Shown: positions 1 through 8,513 of the stretch, in pieces
How positions within the stretch are numbered: the stretch's first letter is position 1
Layout: each line of letters opens with the position of its first letter
Origin: an uncultured virus (IMG/VR IMGVR_UViG_3300043499_000172)
Lineage: Duplodnaviria; Heunggongvirae; Uroviricota; Caudoviricetes
DNA: 20,000 nucleotides
IMG/VR virus record: IMGVR_UViG_3300043499_000172
Strand: one strand, 5' to 3'
Notes under the pieces: model-generated
The model's database searches: none
Seen by the model: only the letters and a program-made list of their open reading frames with translations
Told to the model about the DNA's origin: nothing
Made by a program: the position numbers and the translations under genes

Positions 1-1326
1 CCGCAATCGCTTGAGGTCGTCGACCGTATCGTGAGCGATGCAGACATGGATCATGACGTGATTGCTTTGGCCCGGACGGTGGATACGCGCCACCGTCTGG
101 TCCCAAAGCTCCGCCGACCACGTCGGGGCGATCCACGCCATGCGCGAGCCGCCGTGCTGCAGGTTCAGGCCATGGCCACCGGACGCCGGGTGCAACGCGA
201 AGATGGGCAGCTGGCCCTTGTTCCAAGCCTCGATATGCTTGTTCGCCTGTGCGTCGCTAACGCCGGAGCCGAGATAGGGGAGATCGCCGAAAAGGCGTCG
301 CAGCATGGCGAGATCCTCCTGAAACTCGTACACGATGATGAGCGGCTCACCATCCAGATCATCGACCAGTTCCGAGATCCATGACGCCTTCTCGTCGTGC
401 AGCGTGTGCGCGCCGGAAGCGCCGTCGTCATCGTACATGAAGCCGTTGGCGGCCTGCGCCAGCTTGCCGGTCGCCACCGCCTTGCTGACCGCGATGATGC
501 GATCGCCTTCCACGAGGTCGGCGAACAGCTTCCTCTCCATGCGGTCATAGGCGTTGCGGGCGACATACGGCAGCCGCACCTCGTCGAGCAGCACCGAGAT
601 CTCTGGCAGCTCCGGCATCTCGTTCTCGCCGAGCGCGATCGACACGGTCGCGGCGTCGGCCTGGATGATCGGCGCATGGCCGGGCAGCACCCGCCACTGG
701 TAGCCGTTGCGGTCGATCGGGTAGAAGTGCTGCTTCTGCCATGTGTAGAACGACTTGCCCCACAGCTTGCCGTCGGTGATCACCTTGAGCGGCGTGAACA
801 GGTCGAGCAGGCTGTTCGGGTTCGGCGTGCCGGTCAGGCCCCAGCGGTTGCGGAACCGCCCGGCGATCTTGGCCAGCGCCTTGCCGCGCTTCGACTTGGG
901 GTTCTTCAGCTTCGAGGTCTCGTCGATCACCAGAAGGTCGAAGATCGGGTGGTCCTCGTCCCAGCCGGCGATGATGTCGAGCAGCCACTGCACGTTGTCG
1001 ATGCCGATGATGGTCAGCCGGCGCTTGCTGGCGTCCTTCAGCTTGGCCATGCGCTCCGCAGGGCTGCCGTCGAGCACGGCGTGCTTGAGCCACTTGGTGT
1101 GCTCCCACGCCTCGATCTCGGCAGGCCAGACGCTGAGCGCGACGCGCTTGGGCGCGATGATCAGGGCGTGGCGGATCTCGCCGTCGGCGATCAGCTCGTC
1201 GATCGCGGTCAATGTCGAGATCGTTTTCCCGGCCCCCATTTTCAGGACAGCCATCGCCTCGTCGTGCTCATACAAATGCTTGACGACGCGCTGCTGGTAG
1301 CCGCGTAGCTCGTTCTTCTTGCGCAT
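1..1326 (-). CDS. SNF2-like (superfamily 2) phage DNA helicase, 3' end runs off the window
   Basis: Not in the ORF track because no stop lies in the window. Manual translation from ATG 1326: MRKKNELRGYQ (Q motif), MGAGKT (Walker A), IIAPKRV, LVIDETS (Walker B), GLTGTP (motif III), HPASGGHGLNLQ (motif V), QTVARIHRPGQ (motif VI). Confidence 0.95.
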   Translation of the reverse strand, partial: MRKKNELRGYQQRVVKHLYEHDEAMAVLKMGAGKTISTLTAIDELIADGEIRHALIIAPKRVALSVWPAEIEAWEHTKWLKHAVLDGSPAERMAKLKDASKRRLTIIGIDNVQWLLDIIAGWDEDHPIFDLLVIDETSKLKNPKSKRGKALAKIAGRFRNRWGLTGTPNPNSLLDLFTPLKVITDGKLWGKSFYTWQKQHFYPIDRNGYQWRVLPGHAPIIQADAATVSIALGENEMPELPEISVLLDEVRLPYVARNAYDRMERKLFADLVEGDRIIAVSKAVATGKLAQAANGFMYDDDGASGAHTLHDEKASWISELVDDLDGEPLIIVYEFQEDLAMLRRLFGDLPYLGSGVSDAQANKHIEAWNKGQLPIFALHPASGGHGLNLQHGGSRMAWIAPTWSAELWDQTVARIHRPGQSNHVMIHVCIAHDTVDDLKRLR

Positions 1327-1327
1327 C

Positions 1328-2389
1328 TCAGATCTTCCCATCCCGTGAGGCAGCCGACACGAGAGCCTTGGGCACGCCGACCAAGCGCAGCGGCATCGTC
1401 TCGGCGATGTCGAGCAGCTTCTGCATGCCGGTGCGGATCTTGTCGCGATCCTCGGCGAGCCGTGCGGCATCGCGCCGAACCTCCTGCTGCGCCGCCACCA
1501 GCTTCTGCAGCAGGTGCTCGGTCGCCGCCGTCGACGTCGCCAGGTCTTCAGCCCGCTTCTCGAAGGCGGTGTGGTTGTCGTGCAGCGTCGCCAGCTCCCT
1601 GACGAAGGTCGCCGCCTCCGGGTCGTCGCCGCTCGAGCCGGGGTAGAGGTGCTCGCGCTCGGTGGTCACCCATTCGAGCGGCAGCTCCAGCTCGACGGCG
1701 ACCTTGGCGTCGCTCCATCCCGATCGGTAGCGGGCGGCCGGCTCGTCGAAATTGTCGCCGATCTTCATGCCGATGAGCAGTCTGTCGGTGCCGGTCTGCG
1801 GTCTCGCCGCTGCCGCCGGCTTGGCTGCTGCTGCTGCTACCGGGAACGTCACGGGCGTCGGCTTGTGCTCTTTCATGTGAACGACCTTCCTGCATTGCGG
1901 GCATTTGTCGGAAGCCGGGTCGCCGCCCACGAGCCAACCCTCCTTTTCGAAGTAGTGGTCGGTGTCCATCTCGCCGCGCCGCAGGTGGTAGGCGCACTCG
2001 GAACACTGGCTGCAGACGATCATCGCCTTCTGCACGGTGCGCCCGGCACCGTCGCGGATCGGCATGATCGGGAAGTCGCGCTGCTTGCGCCGGGTGGTAG
2101 ACATCATCGCGACTCCGCGTGCATAGGCTCGGAAGGGGGGTGGCTGCAGGTTGTAGATCGCGTCGCCGCACTCGCCGTGGATGACCACGCCGAGCAGCTC
2201 CTGACGCAGCTTGGTGAGCGGAAAGGCCTTGCCCTCGTACCACTGCAGGAAGGATTCCCAGCTCACCTGCGAGACCTTGCGCTCGGCGAGGCGGCCATTG
2301 AGGTCGCGCCAGACGCCGCGCAGGCTGCGGCCAGCGAGGCCGCGCCGCATCAGCTGCGAAAGTCGCTCGCGCAATGCATCAGTCGTCAT
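1328..2389 (-). CDS. Multidomain hypothetical protein (HTH-like N-terminus, Zn-ribbon, second HTH-like segment, coiled coil)
   Basis: 353-aa ORF fitting tightly between polA and the helicase. Contains CSQC...CPQC, an Ala-rich linker, the segment GWSDAKVAVELELPLEWV, and a heptad-like C-terminus. Confidence 0.8.
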   Translation of the reverse strand: MTTDALRERLSQLMRRGLAGRSLRGVWRDLNGRLAERKVSQVSWESFLQWYEGKAFPLTKLRQELLGVVIHGECGDAIYNLQPPPFRAYARGVAMMSTTRRKQRDFPIMPIRDGAGRTVQKAMIVCSQCSECAYHLRRGEMDTDHYFEKEGWLVGGDPASDKCPQCRKVVHMKEHKPTPVTFPVAAAAAKPAAAARPQTGTDRLLIGMKIGDNFDEPAARYRSGWSDAKVAVELELPLEWVTTEREHLYPGSSGDDPEAATFVRELATLHDNHTAFEKRAEDLATSTAATEHLLQKLVAAQQEVRRDAARLAEDRDKIRTGMQKLLDIAETMPLRLVGVPKALVSAASRDGKI

Positions 2390-2392
2390 GTT

Positions 2393-4600
2393 TTACAGCC
2401 CCCACGACCCCTTGCTCTTAGAATACCACCTACCGATCGTCGTGTCGGCGGCGATCGGCAGCCCGCCGGTCCAGCTGAAGCCGCGCTCCATCAGCTCCTG
2501 CAGCCGGGCCGCGGCTGCGTGAGCATCCCGCTCGGCAGGCTCGACCAGCACCTCGTCGTGGGTGTGCAGGGCGACCGGCATCCATGAATATTCATCGTCG
2601 CTCAGCCGCACCAAGGTGCCGCGCAAAAGGTCCGCGGCGGCCGCCTGGACGACGTTCTCGCAGGCCAGTCCCGGCCACAGCTTGACGCGGCTCATGTCGC
2701 GGCTGAAGCGCATCTCGCGCTTGCGGCCGATGACCTGGTCGTTGTCGTCGAGCACGTCGACGAGGTCCTCGCGGATGTTGCGGTAGGTCAGGCAGCGGCC
2801 GCTCGGCAGGATGCAGATCAGCGACCCGCCGAGATAATCGCTGATGTAGACGTAGCTGACACGGCCAGCCTCGCAGACGGTGCCGGGGCGTTCCATGGCG
2901 GTATTGAGGGCGCCCCACAGGCCATAGCTGGCGTAAGCATCGTGCTTGCCCCAGAAGCGCGTCGCCCAGCGGTTCTTCTCGCGCCACTTCTGGACGAAGG
3001 CGCTGGCGACCTCCTCTTCGATGTGGATGCCGTAGCTGGCGGCCATCGACAGCAGCGCGTTGGTGGATCCGCCGAATCCACACGCGAGTTCTACCACCTT
3101 GCCACGCTGGCGGACCTCCTTCTGGGCGGCCTCCTCCAGCGAGACGTTGGACAGGTCGGCGGCGGTGCGGGTGTAGATGTCGAACTTCTCGGTGCCGTCG
3201 TCGACCGCCCGGAAAATGTCGAGGCGCTCGTCGGCCTCCGGGTCGTTGGCCAGCCACGGCACCAGCCGCGCCTCGATGTTGGCCCAGTCGCCCCACACGA
3301 AGGCGCAGCCCTTGTCCGCGGTAAAGGCGGGGCGGATCAGCAGCGACAGCTTGCGGCTGATCGGCGTGTCGTCGCCGAGCATGGCGAAGGCGCCCGGCTT
3401 GATGCCAGCCACCAGGGCGTCGATCGCGTCCATCTCGTAGGGGCTGGCGTCGCGCATCAGATTGTGGACCTGGACGCCGCGGGCGCTGAAGCGGCCGGTC
3501 TGCATGGCGCCGTTGAAGACGTACTGGCCGCGCACGACGCCGTCGACGTGCTGGTGCAGCAGCTTGGAGAACTTCGCCGGGGTCTTGCTGCCACCGTAGA
3601 GGCGGATCTGCAGAACCCGCAGCGCGGCGCGCAGGGGGTCTGTGAGCGTTTCTCGGGCTTCGAGGTAGGCAATGAGCCTGACGACCCGGTCGCGCGTCAG
3701 CGACATCTTCTTGGGCCGTGTGACCTCGCCGGTCTCCTCGTCGAACTCCTCATAGCGCTTGACCAGCATGTCGCGGCCGGCGGGCGGTAGGACGCTGTAG
3801 AGCCAGTTGATGATGCGCGCCACCTGATCGACGGTGGTGACGGTGCCGGAAGTCAGCTGCTCGAGGTCGTCGGCCGAGATGCGCTGCGCGGCGAGCGCCA
3901 TCTTGGCGGCGGCCTCGACCAGCGGCAGGTCGATCATCACGCCGTCGTCGTTGATCTGCTCGGCGGCCCAGTATTCCTTCCACTCGGCGAGCGGCAACTG
4001 GCGGGTCGACAGGAACAGCTCGCGCATGGCGACGATGTCCTGCGCGGCGTAGACCTGGAAGTCCTGCCACTCCTGTGGGTGCGACTGCGGCGTGGCGGTC
4101 GATTCGGGAAGGCAGAACAGCTTGATCAGCGCCTTGCCGCGTTTGTCCTTCATCTGGTCGGTGCCGACGCCGGCGTAGCGGGAGGCGAGGTCGAGCGCCG
4201 CAGGCAGGCCGGCGGCCGCAGCCTGGACGCGGCTGTCGATGATCATGTGCGGCAGCATCGGCGGGAAGCCGCGCGTCGCGTTGTTCCAGATCGATCGATC
4301 GAAGAAGGCGTTGTGGGCGCAGAACACGGTCTCGCCGGCCGCCGCGCGGTAGAAGAATTGCTGCAGCTTGTTGGGCACGTCGGCCCACGCCAGCGGCGCG
4401 TCGAAGCTGCCGACGGCGGTCACCGCGACCGGGCTGCCGCCGATCGCCCACGCCAGCACGACGGCGTCGGCGTTGCGGCTGTAGCGGTCGGCGCCGGCCG
4501 ACAGGATCGGCAGGTCGCCGATGGTCTCAAAATCGATGAAGCAGATGTTGCCGAGGGCGAATGTCGCCCCCGGCTCGCGGTCGTCGACGCGGCTGAGCAT
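2393..4600 (-). CDS. polA: DNA polymerase family A with 3'-5' exonuclease domain (735 aa)
   Basis: ExoI FIDFET, ExoII AHNAFFDR, ExoIII YAAQDI; TGRFS; motif A DWANIEAR, motif B RQRGKVVELACGFGG, ENVVQAAAAD, motif C HTHDE. Start placed at ATG 4600, just after the upstream stop at 4602. Confidence 0.96.
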   Translation of the reverse strand: MLSRVDDREPGATFALGNICFIDFETIGDLPILSAGADRYSRNADAVVLAWAIGGSPVAVTAVGSFDAPLAWADVPNKLQQFFYRAAAGETVFCAHNAFFDRSIWNNATRGFPPMLPHMIIDSRVQAAAAGLPAALDLASRYAGVGTDQMKDKRGKALIKLFCLPESTATPQSHPQEWQDFQVYAAQDIVAMRELFLSTRQLPLAEWKEYWAAEQINDDGVMIDLPLVEAAAKMALAAQRISADDLEQLTSGTVTTVDQVARIINWLYSVLPPAGRDMLVKRYEEFDEETGEVTRPKKMSLTRDRVVRLIAYLEARETLTDPLRAALRVLQIRLYGGSKTPAKFSKLLHQHVDGVVRGQYVFNGAMQTGRFSARGVQVHNLMRDASPYEMDAIDALVAGIKPGAFAMLGDDTPISRKLSLLIRPAFTADKGCAFVWGDWANIEARLVPWLANDPEADERLDIFRAVDDGTEKFDIYTRTAADLSNVSLEEAAQKEVRQRGKVVELACGFGGSTNALLSMAASYGIHIEEEVASAFVQKWREKNRWATRFWGKHDAYASYGLWGALNTAMERPGTVCEAGRVSYVYISDYLGGSLICILPSGRCLTYRNIREDLVDVLDDNDQVIGRKREMRFSRDMSRVKLWPGLACENVVQAAAADLLRGTLVRLSDDEYSWMPVALHTHDEVLVEPAERDAHAAAARLQELMERGFSWTGGLPIAADTTIGRWYSKSKGSWGL

Positions 4601-4601
4601 G

Positions 4602-5426
4602 TCAGGCGCGCGACGGCCGCTGGCGACGCGGAGCTGCACCGGCGCGCTGCACCACCTCCGGTGGCACGCTGGCGGCGCCACCGGCGTCGGCCTGCGGCTC
4701 CGGCGTGTCCACGGGAGCCTGCTCGGCTGCCGTAGGCGCACCGGACAGCGGCGCCTTGGCCTTCTTGGCGGGCTGCTTGCCGGCGGCAGCCACCAGTGCC
4801 GGCTTGCCGGCCTTGCCGAGGCGCTCGCCGTTGATGTCCATCCAGCCGGTGATCAACAGGATCGGGAAGTAGGTGCGGCCGTAGGCCTTGTGATCGTAGT
4901 AGTCCTGCTGCAGCTGGACGATCGCCACGATGTGGGTGCGGTTGCCCTCGTCGATCTGCTGGGTGATGGAACCCAGCAAGGCGTCGAAGGCCTTCAGGCC
5001 GCCGAGGCTCGGCGTCTTGTAGATGACCTCCTGGCCGGCGTCGTCGCCGTTCAGGCACTTCATCTCGCAGGTGCGCTGCTCCTTCCACTCGCCGCCGGGG
5101 ATGTAGGCCGGCAGCTCGGGCTTGGGGTTGAGCACCGACGTCATGGTCTCGCCGAGCATCTGGTTCTTGGCGTTGCCGTCGTTCTTGGCCCAGTTGACGT
5201 AGCCATGGGCGATCGAGTGTGGGTTGATCGCCCACTCGCTGCCCTGCTGGACGTCGTCGTCGTTCTGGCCGAACACCCACTCGCCGCTCTTCAGCAGCCG
5301 CAGGATCGGCTTGCCACCCGGAAGGATGGTCGAGGCGCGCGACACCGCGACGCCGGCGCGGAAACGATCCGCGAATTCGGTGGAGACGGCTCCACCACCA
5401 TTAGCACTACCAACTTCATTGGCCAT
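4602..5426 (-). CDS. Putative single-stranded DNA-binding protein
   Basis: 274 aa from ATG 5426. Occupies the slot between exonuclease and polA where SSB-like genes usually lie in such modules. GEWVFG, HGYVNW and YDHKAYGRTYFP motifs, then a low-complexity Ala/Pro/Lys/Arg tail. Confidence 0.7.
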   Translation of the reverse strand: MANEVGSANGGGAVSTEFADRFRAGVAVSRASTILPGGKPILRLLKSGEWVFGQNDDDVQQGSEWAINPHSIAHGYVNWAKNDGNAKNQMLGETMTSVLNPKPELPAYIPGGEWKEQRTCEMKCLNGDDAGQEVIYKTPSLGGLKAFDALLGSITQQIDEGNRTHIVAIVQLQQDYYDHKAYGRTYFPILLITGWMDINGERLGKAGKPALVAAAGKQPAKKAKAPLSGAPTAAEQAPVDTPEPQADAGGAASVPPEVVQRAGAAPRRQRPSRA

Positions 5427-5514
5427 TTTTCGTATCCCTGTTCCTGTCCATGTCACCTGTCTGCGGCCGGCAACCACGCCGTCGAAACCGTACTAAAAGA
5501 CTTTACGTCTCTTA

Positions 5515-6693
5515 CTACAATCCTTTGAGCGCCGTTCTGAGGTCGGCGATGGCCGTGGCGTGCGTCGCCGTCGGCCGGTCGTCGTCGTCATGCGCTAGTG
5601 TAGTACCAGTCGACACCATTTGGAAGAGGCTTTCCGGCACCGCGAGCTTTTTCGGCTTGAGCGCGTCCTCGACCTGCTTGACGCTCTTCAGCTCGGGCTT
5701 GGTGTAGATGTCGGCGTGCTCGACGCCGGCCCGCATCAACGCCTCGGCGGTCTCGCCGTCGCTACCGATCCACTTGCGGGTGCCGCGCTTGGGCACCAGT
5801 TTCCAGCCGCCGATCAGACCGCCGTCGGTCAAATAGAGGTGGGCCTGACGACGGATCTCCTCCGCCCATGTCTCGGCGAACTCGGCAACCGCCAAGGCGC
5901 GCGTCAGGAAGGTCGAGTACTCGGCCTGCGCGGCGGGCGTCTGCGAGCCGCGCAAGGCGGCCTTGTTGGGGTCGAGGGCGCTGAGATCGAGCAGCGGCCC
6001 GGTCCACAGCTTGCAGGTCACCTTGCAGCGCGCGAAGCGGCAGTGCTCGCCGCGCTCGCGGTGCGGGTCGCGGCCGATCGCCTCGATGTAGGCGTTGGTC
6101 ATGCTCTCCTTGAACTGGTCCAGCTCCTCGTTGTCGGTGACCACCTCGGACACCGAATCCAGCCGCGGCTGGATGATCACCAGGACGATCTTCTTGCCGT
6201 TGAACAGCTTGGGCCGCTGCGCCCGCGCGCAGATGGCGTAGAAGGCCAGCTGCGGGTTGACCATGTCGGAGCCGTCGGGCAGCTCGTAGAGCGCGCTGAC
6301 GGGCACGCCGGAGCCGAATTTCCAGTCGACGACGAGGACGTGGGTCTTGGACGACAGCACCAGGTCGCAGGTGCCGAACGAGCCGGGCACGCCGGGGAAC
6401 GGGATGGTCTCCTCGATCGCGTTGATCCTGAAGCCGCCGCCCCACGCCTTCTTGAGGGCGTGCAGCGACGTCAACGCCTTCTGGAGCGTCGCCTCCTGCT
6501 CCTGCTCGAGCACGATGTTCATCTCCATGCCGGTCAGGCGGGCCGAGATGACCTCGTGCAGCATCGAGCCTTCGTCGGCGTAGATCGACGAGGTGTCGGT
6601 GTCGGGGCTGCGCATCAGCTCCTGGTGGGAGGCAGGACAGGCAAGCAGGCGCTGGGCGTTGCTGCCGCCGAGGATGGTCGAGTGACTGGTCAT
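5515..6693 (-). CDS. Cas4-like PD-(D/E)XK exonuclease (DUF2800-type)
   Basis: 392 aa from ATG 6693 (ATGA overlap with upstream stop). GGSNAQRLLACP, EGSMLH, GTCD...VVDWKFG, QLAFYA, IIQPR, and C-terminal Cys cluster GEHCRFARCKVTC. Confidence 0.9.
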   Translation of the reverse strand: MTSHSTILGGSNAQRLLACPASHQELMRSPDTDTSSIYADEGSMLHEVISARLTGMEMNIVLEQEQEATLQKALTSLHALKKAWGGGFRINAIEETIPFPGVPGSFGTCDLVLSSKTHVLVVDWKFGSGVPVSALYELPDGSDMVNPQLAFYAICARAQRPKLFNGKKIVLVIIQPRLDSVSEVVTDNEELDQFKESMTNAYIEAIGRDPHRERGEHCRFARCKVTCKLWTGPLLDLSALDPNKAALRGSQTPAAQAEYSTFLTRALAVAEFAETWAEEIRRQAHLYLTDGGLIGGWKLVPKRGTRKWIGSDGETAEALMRAGVEHADIYTKPELKSVKQVEDALKPKKLAVPESLFQMVSTGTTLAHDDDDRPTATHATAIADLRTALKGL

Positions 6694-6890
6694 TTCCGTC
6701 CCTTCATTCTGTCGTTGAAAACCTTGTCGACGTATACGGAGAGCGCTGCCATCACCGACGGCTCCAGCGCGATACGGTTGGTGATCTCGACGCCGTTGGT
6801 GGTCTCCAGCCATAGCTGGAAACCGTCGAACGAGGCGTAGAGGCCGTCACCGAGATACTCGGTCCGCGTGCCGGTGAATTCGATCGCCAT
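6690..6890 (-). CDS. Small hypothetical phage protein (66 aa)
   Basis: YLGDGLYASFDGFQLWL...IALEP; start/stop overlaps on both sides. Confidence 0.85.
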   Translation of the reverse strand: MAIEFTGTRTEYLGDGLYASFDGFQLWLETTNGVEITNRIALEPSVMAALSVYVDKVFNDRMKGRK

Positions 6891-7090
6891 CAGTCGGCCT
6901 CCACTTCTTCATCGGTCCAGTACTGACTGTCCACCAGGACGTCAGGCCGAACGCGCTTCTTCTTCTCGTCCTCGCAGGCGGCGCAGACGCGCGCCACCTC
7001 GATGCCGCGGGCGTCGCGCAGCCAGTGGCTGAGCAGCCCTGAACCGCACGGGCAGGGCCGTGCGCGCGGTTCAATCCACCCTGGCGTCAT
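6890..7090 (-). CDS. Small Zn-binding protein with SEC-C-like CPCGSG motif (66 aa)
   Basis: MTPGWIEPRARPCPCGSG...VCAACE; GGAG RBS upstream of ATG 7090; TGATG overlap downstream. Confidence 0.8.
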   Translation of the reverse strand: MTPGWIEPRARPCPCGSGLLSHWLRDARGIEVARVCAACEDEKKKRVRPDVLVDSQYWTDEEVEAD

Positions 7091-7451
7091 CGTTCTTGTC
7101 TCCCGCTCTGTAGTTGCGCAGGCGCGGCCGGCGCAGCGCCCGCGTCTCGAAGAAGCCGCGCATATGCGGATGCTTGTCCATGACCCAGCGCGCGAGATCG
7201 GGCGCCCACTTGTCGTTGATCTTGAACGGCTGGTTCTCCACGCCCTTGTACTGGTACATGAAGTGCCAGCGCATGAGGTTGATGATGGCCCTCGCGCCGT
7301 AGCGCCTGGTGCCGTCGGCGTATAAGTCGAGCGCCATTTTCTCGAACAGCTGGCAGACCTCGACCGGGATGTCAGCCGGGTAGAAGCCATCGAGTGGCTG
7401 CAACCGCCAGTTACGGTCGACGAACAGGCTGCCCGAGAATATGCGGGGCAT
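7071..7451 (-). CDS. Hypothetical phage protein (126 aa)
   Basis: ATG 7451 directly after the DUF932 stop; FEKMAL...YGARAII..MRWH...FKINDKW...GFFETR pattern. Confidence 0.8.
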   Translation of the reverse strand: MPRIFSGSLFVDRNWRLQPLDGFYPADIPVEVCQLFEKMALDLYADGTRRYGARAIINLMRWHFMYQYKGVENQPFKINDKWAPDLARWVMDKHPHMRGFFETRALRRPRLRNYRAGDKNDDARVD

Positions 7452-7452
7452 G

Positions 7453-8274
7453 TCACGCGAGCCTCTCCGCGAAGCCCTCCGCCATCGCCCACAGCTCGCG
7501 GTTGAGGCGCAGGTTGGCGTCGATGCCGGTGACGGCGCGCGACGCGAAGCGGCGGTTGCGGCGGCTGGCGATCGCCTCCACCAGACCGCCGGCGATGACG
7601 TTCTCCTGCACGATATTGAAGATCGTCCACAGGTCGCGGCCATTGTCGGCGGGGCGGCGCGGGATCAGCAGCTGGTGGTCCTCGATGCGGTCGTCGTCGC
7701 CGAACCGCAGCTTGTTGGCGGCGTGCGCCAGCAGCCGAGCCTGGACGTCGTCGAGGCGGATCTTCGACCAGCGGGCCGGCGCCTCCATCACCTTATCGGC
7801 GTGGCGGGCGATCTCGTAGGTGCCGGCGAGCACGCGATCGAGGACATCGTCGCCGCTGTGGCGGATCATCAGCGCGCCGAAATCATGGCTCTTGACGACC
7901 ATGCCGTTGAGGCAGGCGAGGCGGAAGATGCCGCAGTCGAGGCGGAACCCCTTGGTGCCGTCGTTGGCGTTGGTGAGGATGGTCTCAAGCACGCTGTCGC
8001 CGACCTTGGTGAGGCGGCTGGTGTCGCGGTGGCGGAACTTCAGCATGTGCTTGGTGTAGCGAGCGCGGTCCGGCGTGCGGGTGCGGCCCTGGCCGGCGCC
8101 GTAGCACTCCCAGCCCTCGTTGCGCAGCGCCCGCACCGCGTGGATGGTCGGGATGGCGCGGAAGCGCTCGGAGCGGCTGCGGTGGGCGCTGTAGGTGAAT
8201 ACCGACGGCGCGCGCTGGTAGAGCTGCTCGTCGTCGAGCGGCTCCGGCGAGTAGAATTGCGGCCGCATGTTCAT
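7453..8274 (-). CDS. DUF932/DUF945-family protein (YafZ/YubP-like)
   Basis: APSVF...SRSERFRAIPT...LRNEGW...YTKHMLKFRH...NANDGT...GIFRLACLNGMV...RRPADNGRDLWTIFNIVQEN...LNRELWAMAE; ATGA overlap at 8274. Confidence 0.9.
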   Translation of the reverse strand: MNMRPQFYSPEPLDDEQLYQRAPSVFTYSAHRSRSERFRAIPTIHAVRALRNEGWECYGAGQGRTRTPDRARYTKHMLKFRHRDTSRLTKVGDSVLETILTNANDGTKGFRLDCGIFRLACLNGMVVKSHDFGALMIRHSGDDVLDRVLAGTYEIARHADKVMEAPARWSKIRLDDVQARLLAHAANKLRFGDDDRIEDHQLLIPRRPADNGRDLWTIFNIVQENVIAGGLVEAIASRRNRRFASRAVTGIDANLRLNRELWAMAEGFAERLA

Positions 8275-8495
8275 GTCTTTGCCCCCTCTGTGGCGATGTG
8301 GATGACGGCGCCGGTGGCGGCGTCGTAGCGGTAGTTGGCCGGGCGCTCGTCGGCGACGACGCGGTAGTTTTCGCACTGCGTCCAGTTGTACATCTTGTTG
8401 TAGCCGGCGCTCGACGCCTCGGCCTCGGTCGCGAAGCAGACCGCGTTCGGATACCAGTGGCCGGCGACCTGCACTTCGTAACGATAGCTGCTCAT
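8271..8495 (-). CDS. Small hypothetical phage protein (74 aa)
   Basis: TAGGAG RBS; WYPNAVCFATEAEA...YRVV...PANYRY. Confidence 0.85.
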   Translation of the reverse strand: MSSYRYEVQVAGHWYPNAVCFATEAEASSAGYNKMYNWTQCENYRVVADERPANYRYDAATGAVIHIATEGAKT

Positions 8496-8513
8496 GTTGG
8501 TACTCCTAGTTGA

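Noticed and set aside
1824..1838. (GCT)5 microsatellite as a phase-variation tract
   Set aside because: In-frame triplet repeat encoding a poly-Ala linker.
3064..3108. Patch of A/T-ending codons across polA motif B (CGT, GTA, GAA, TGT, GGA, GGA) as nuclease-escape recoding
   Set aside because: Similar patches occur elsewhere in the gene (e.g. about 3640-3675); significance cannot be shown without codon statistics.
2393..4600. Z-genome (DpoZ) or other modified-base system
   Set aside because: No purZ, datZ, mazZ or other modification enzyme recognisable in the window.
5515..6693. Cas4-like gene as evidence of a CRISPR-Cas system
   Set aside because: Solo phage exonuclease in a replication module; no cas1/cas2 or array.
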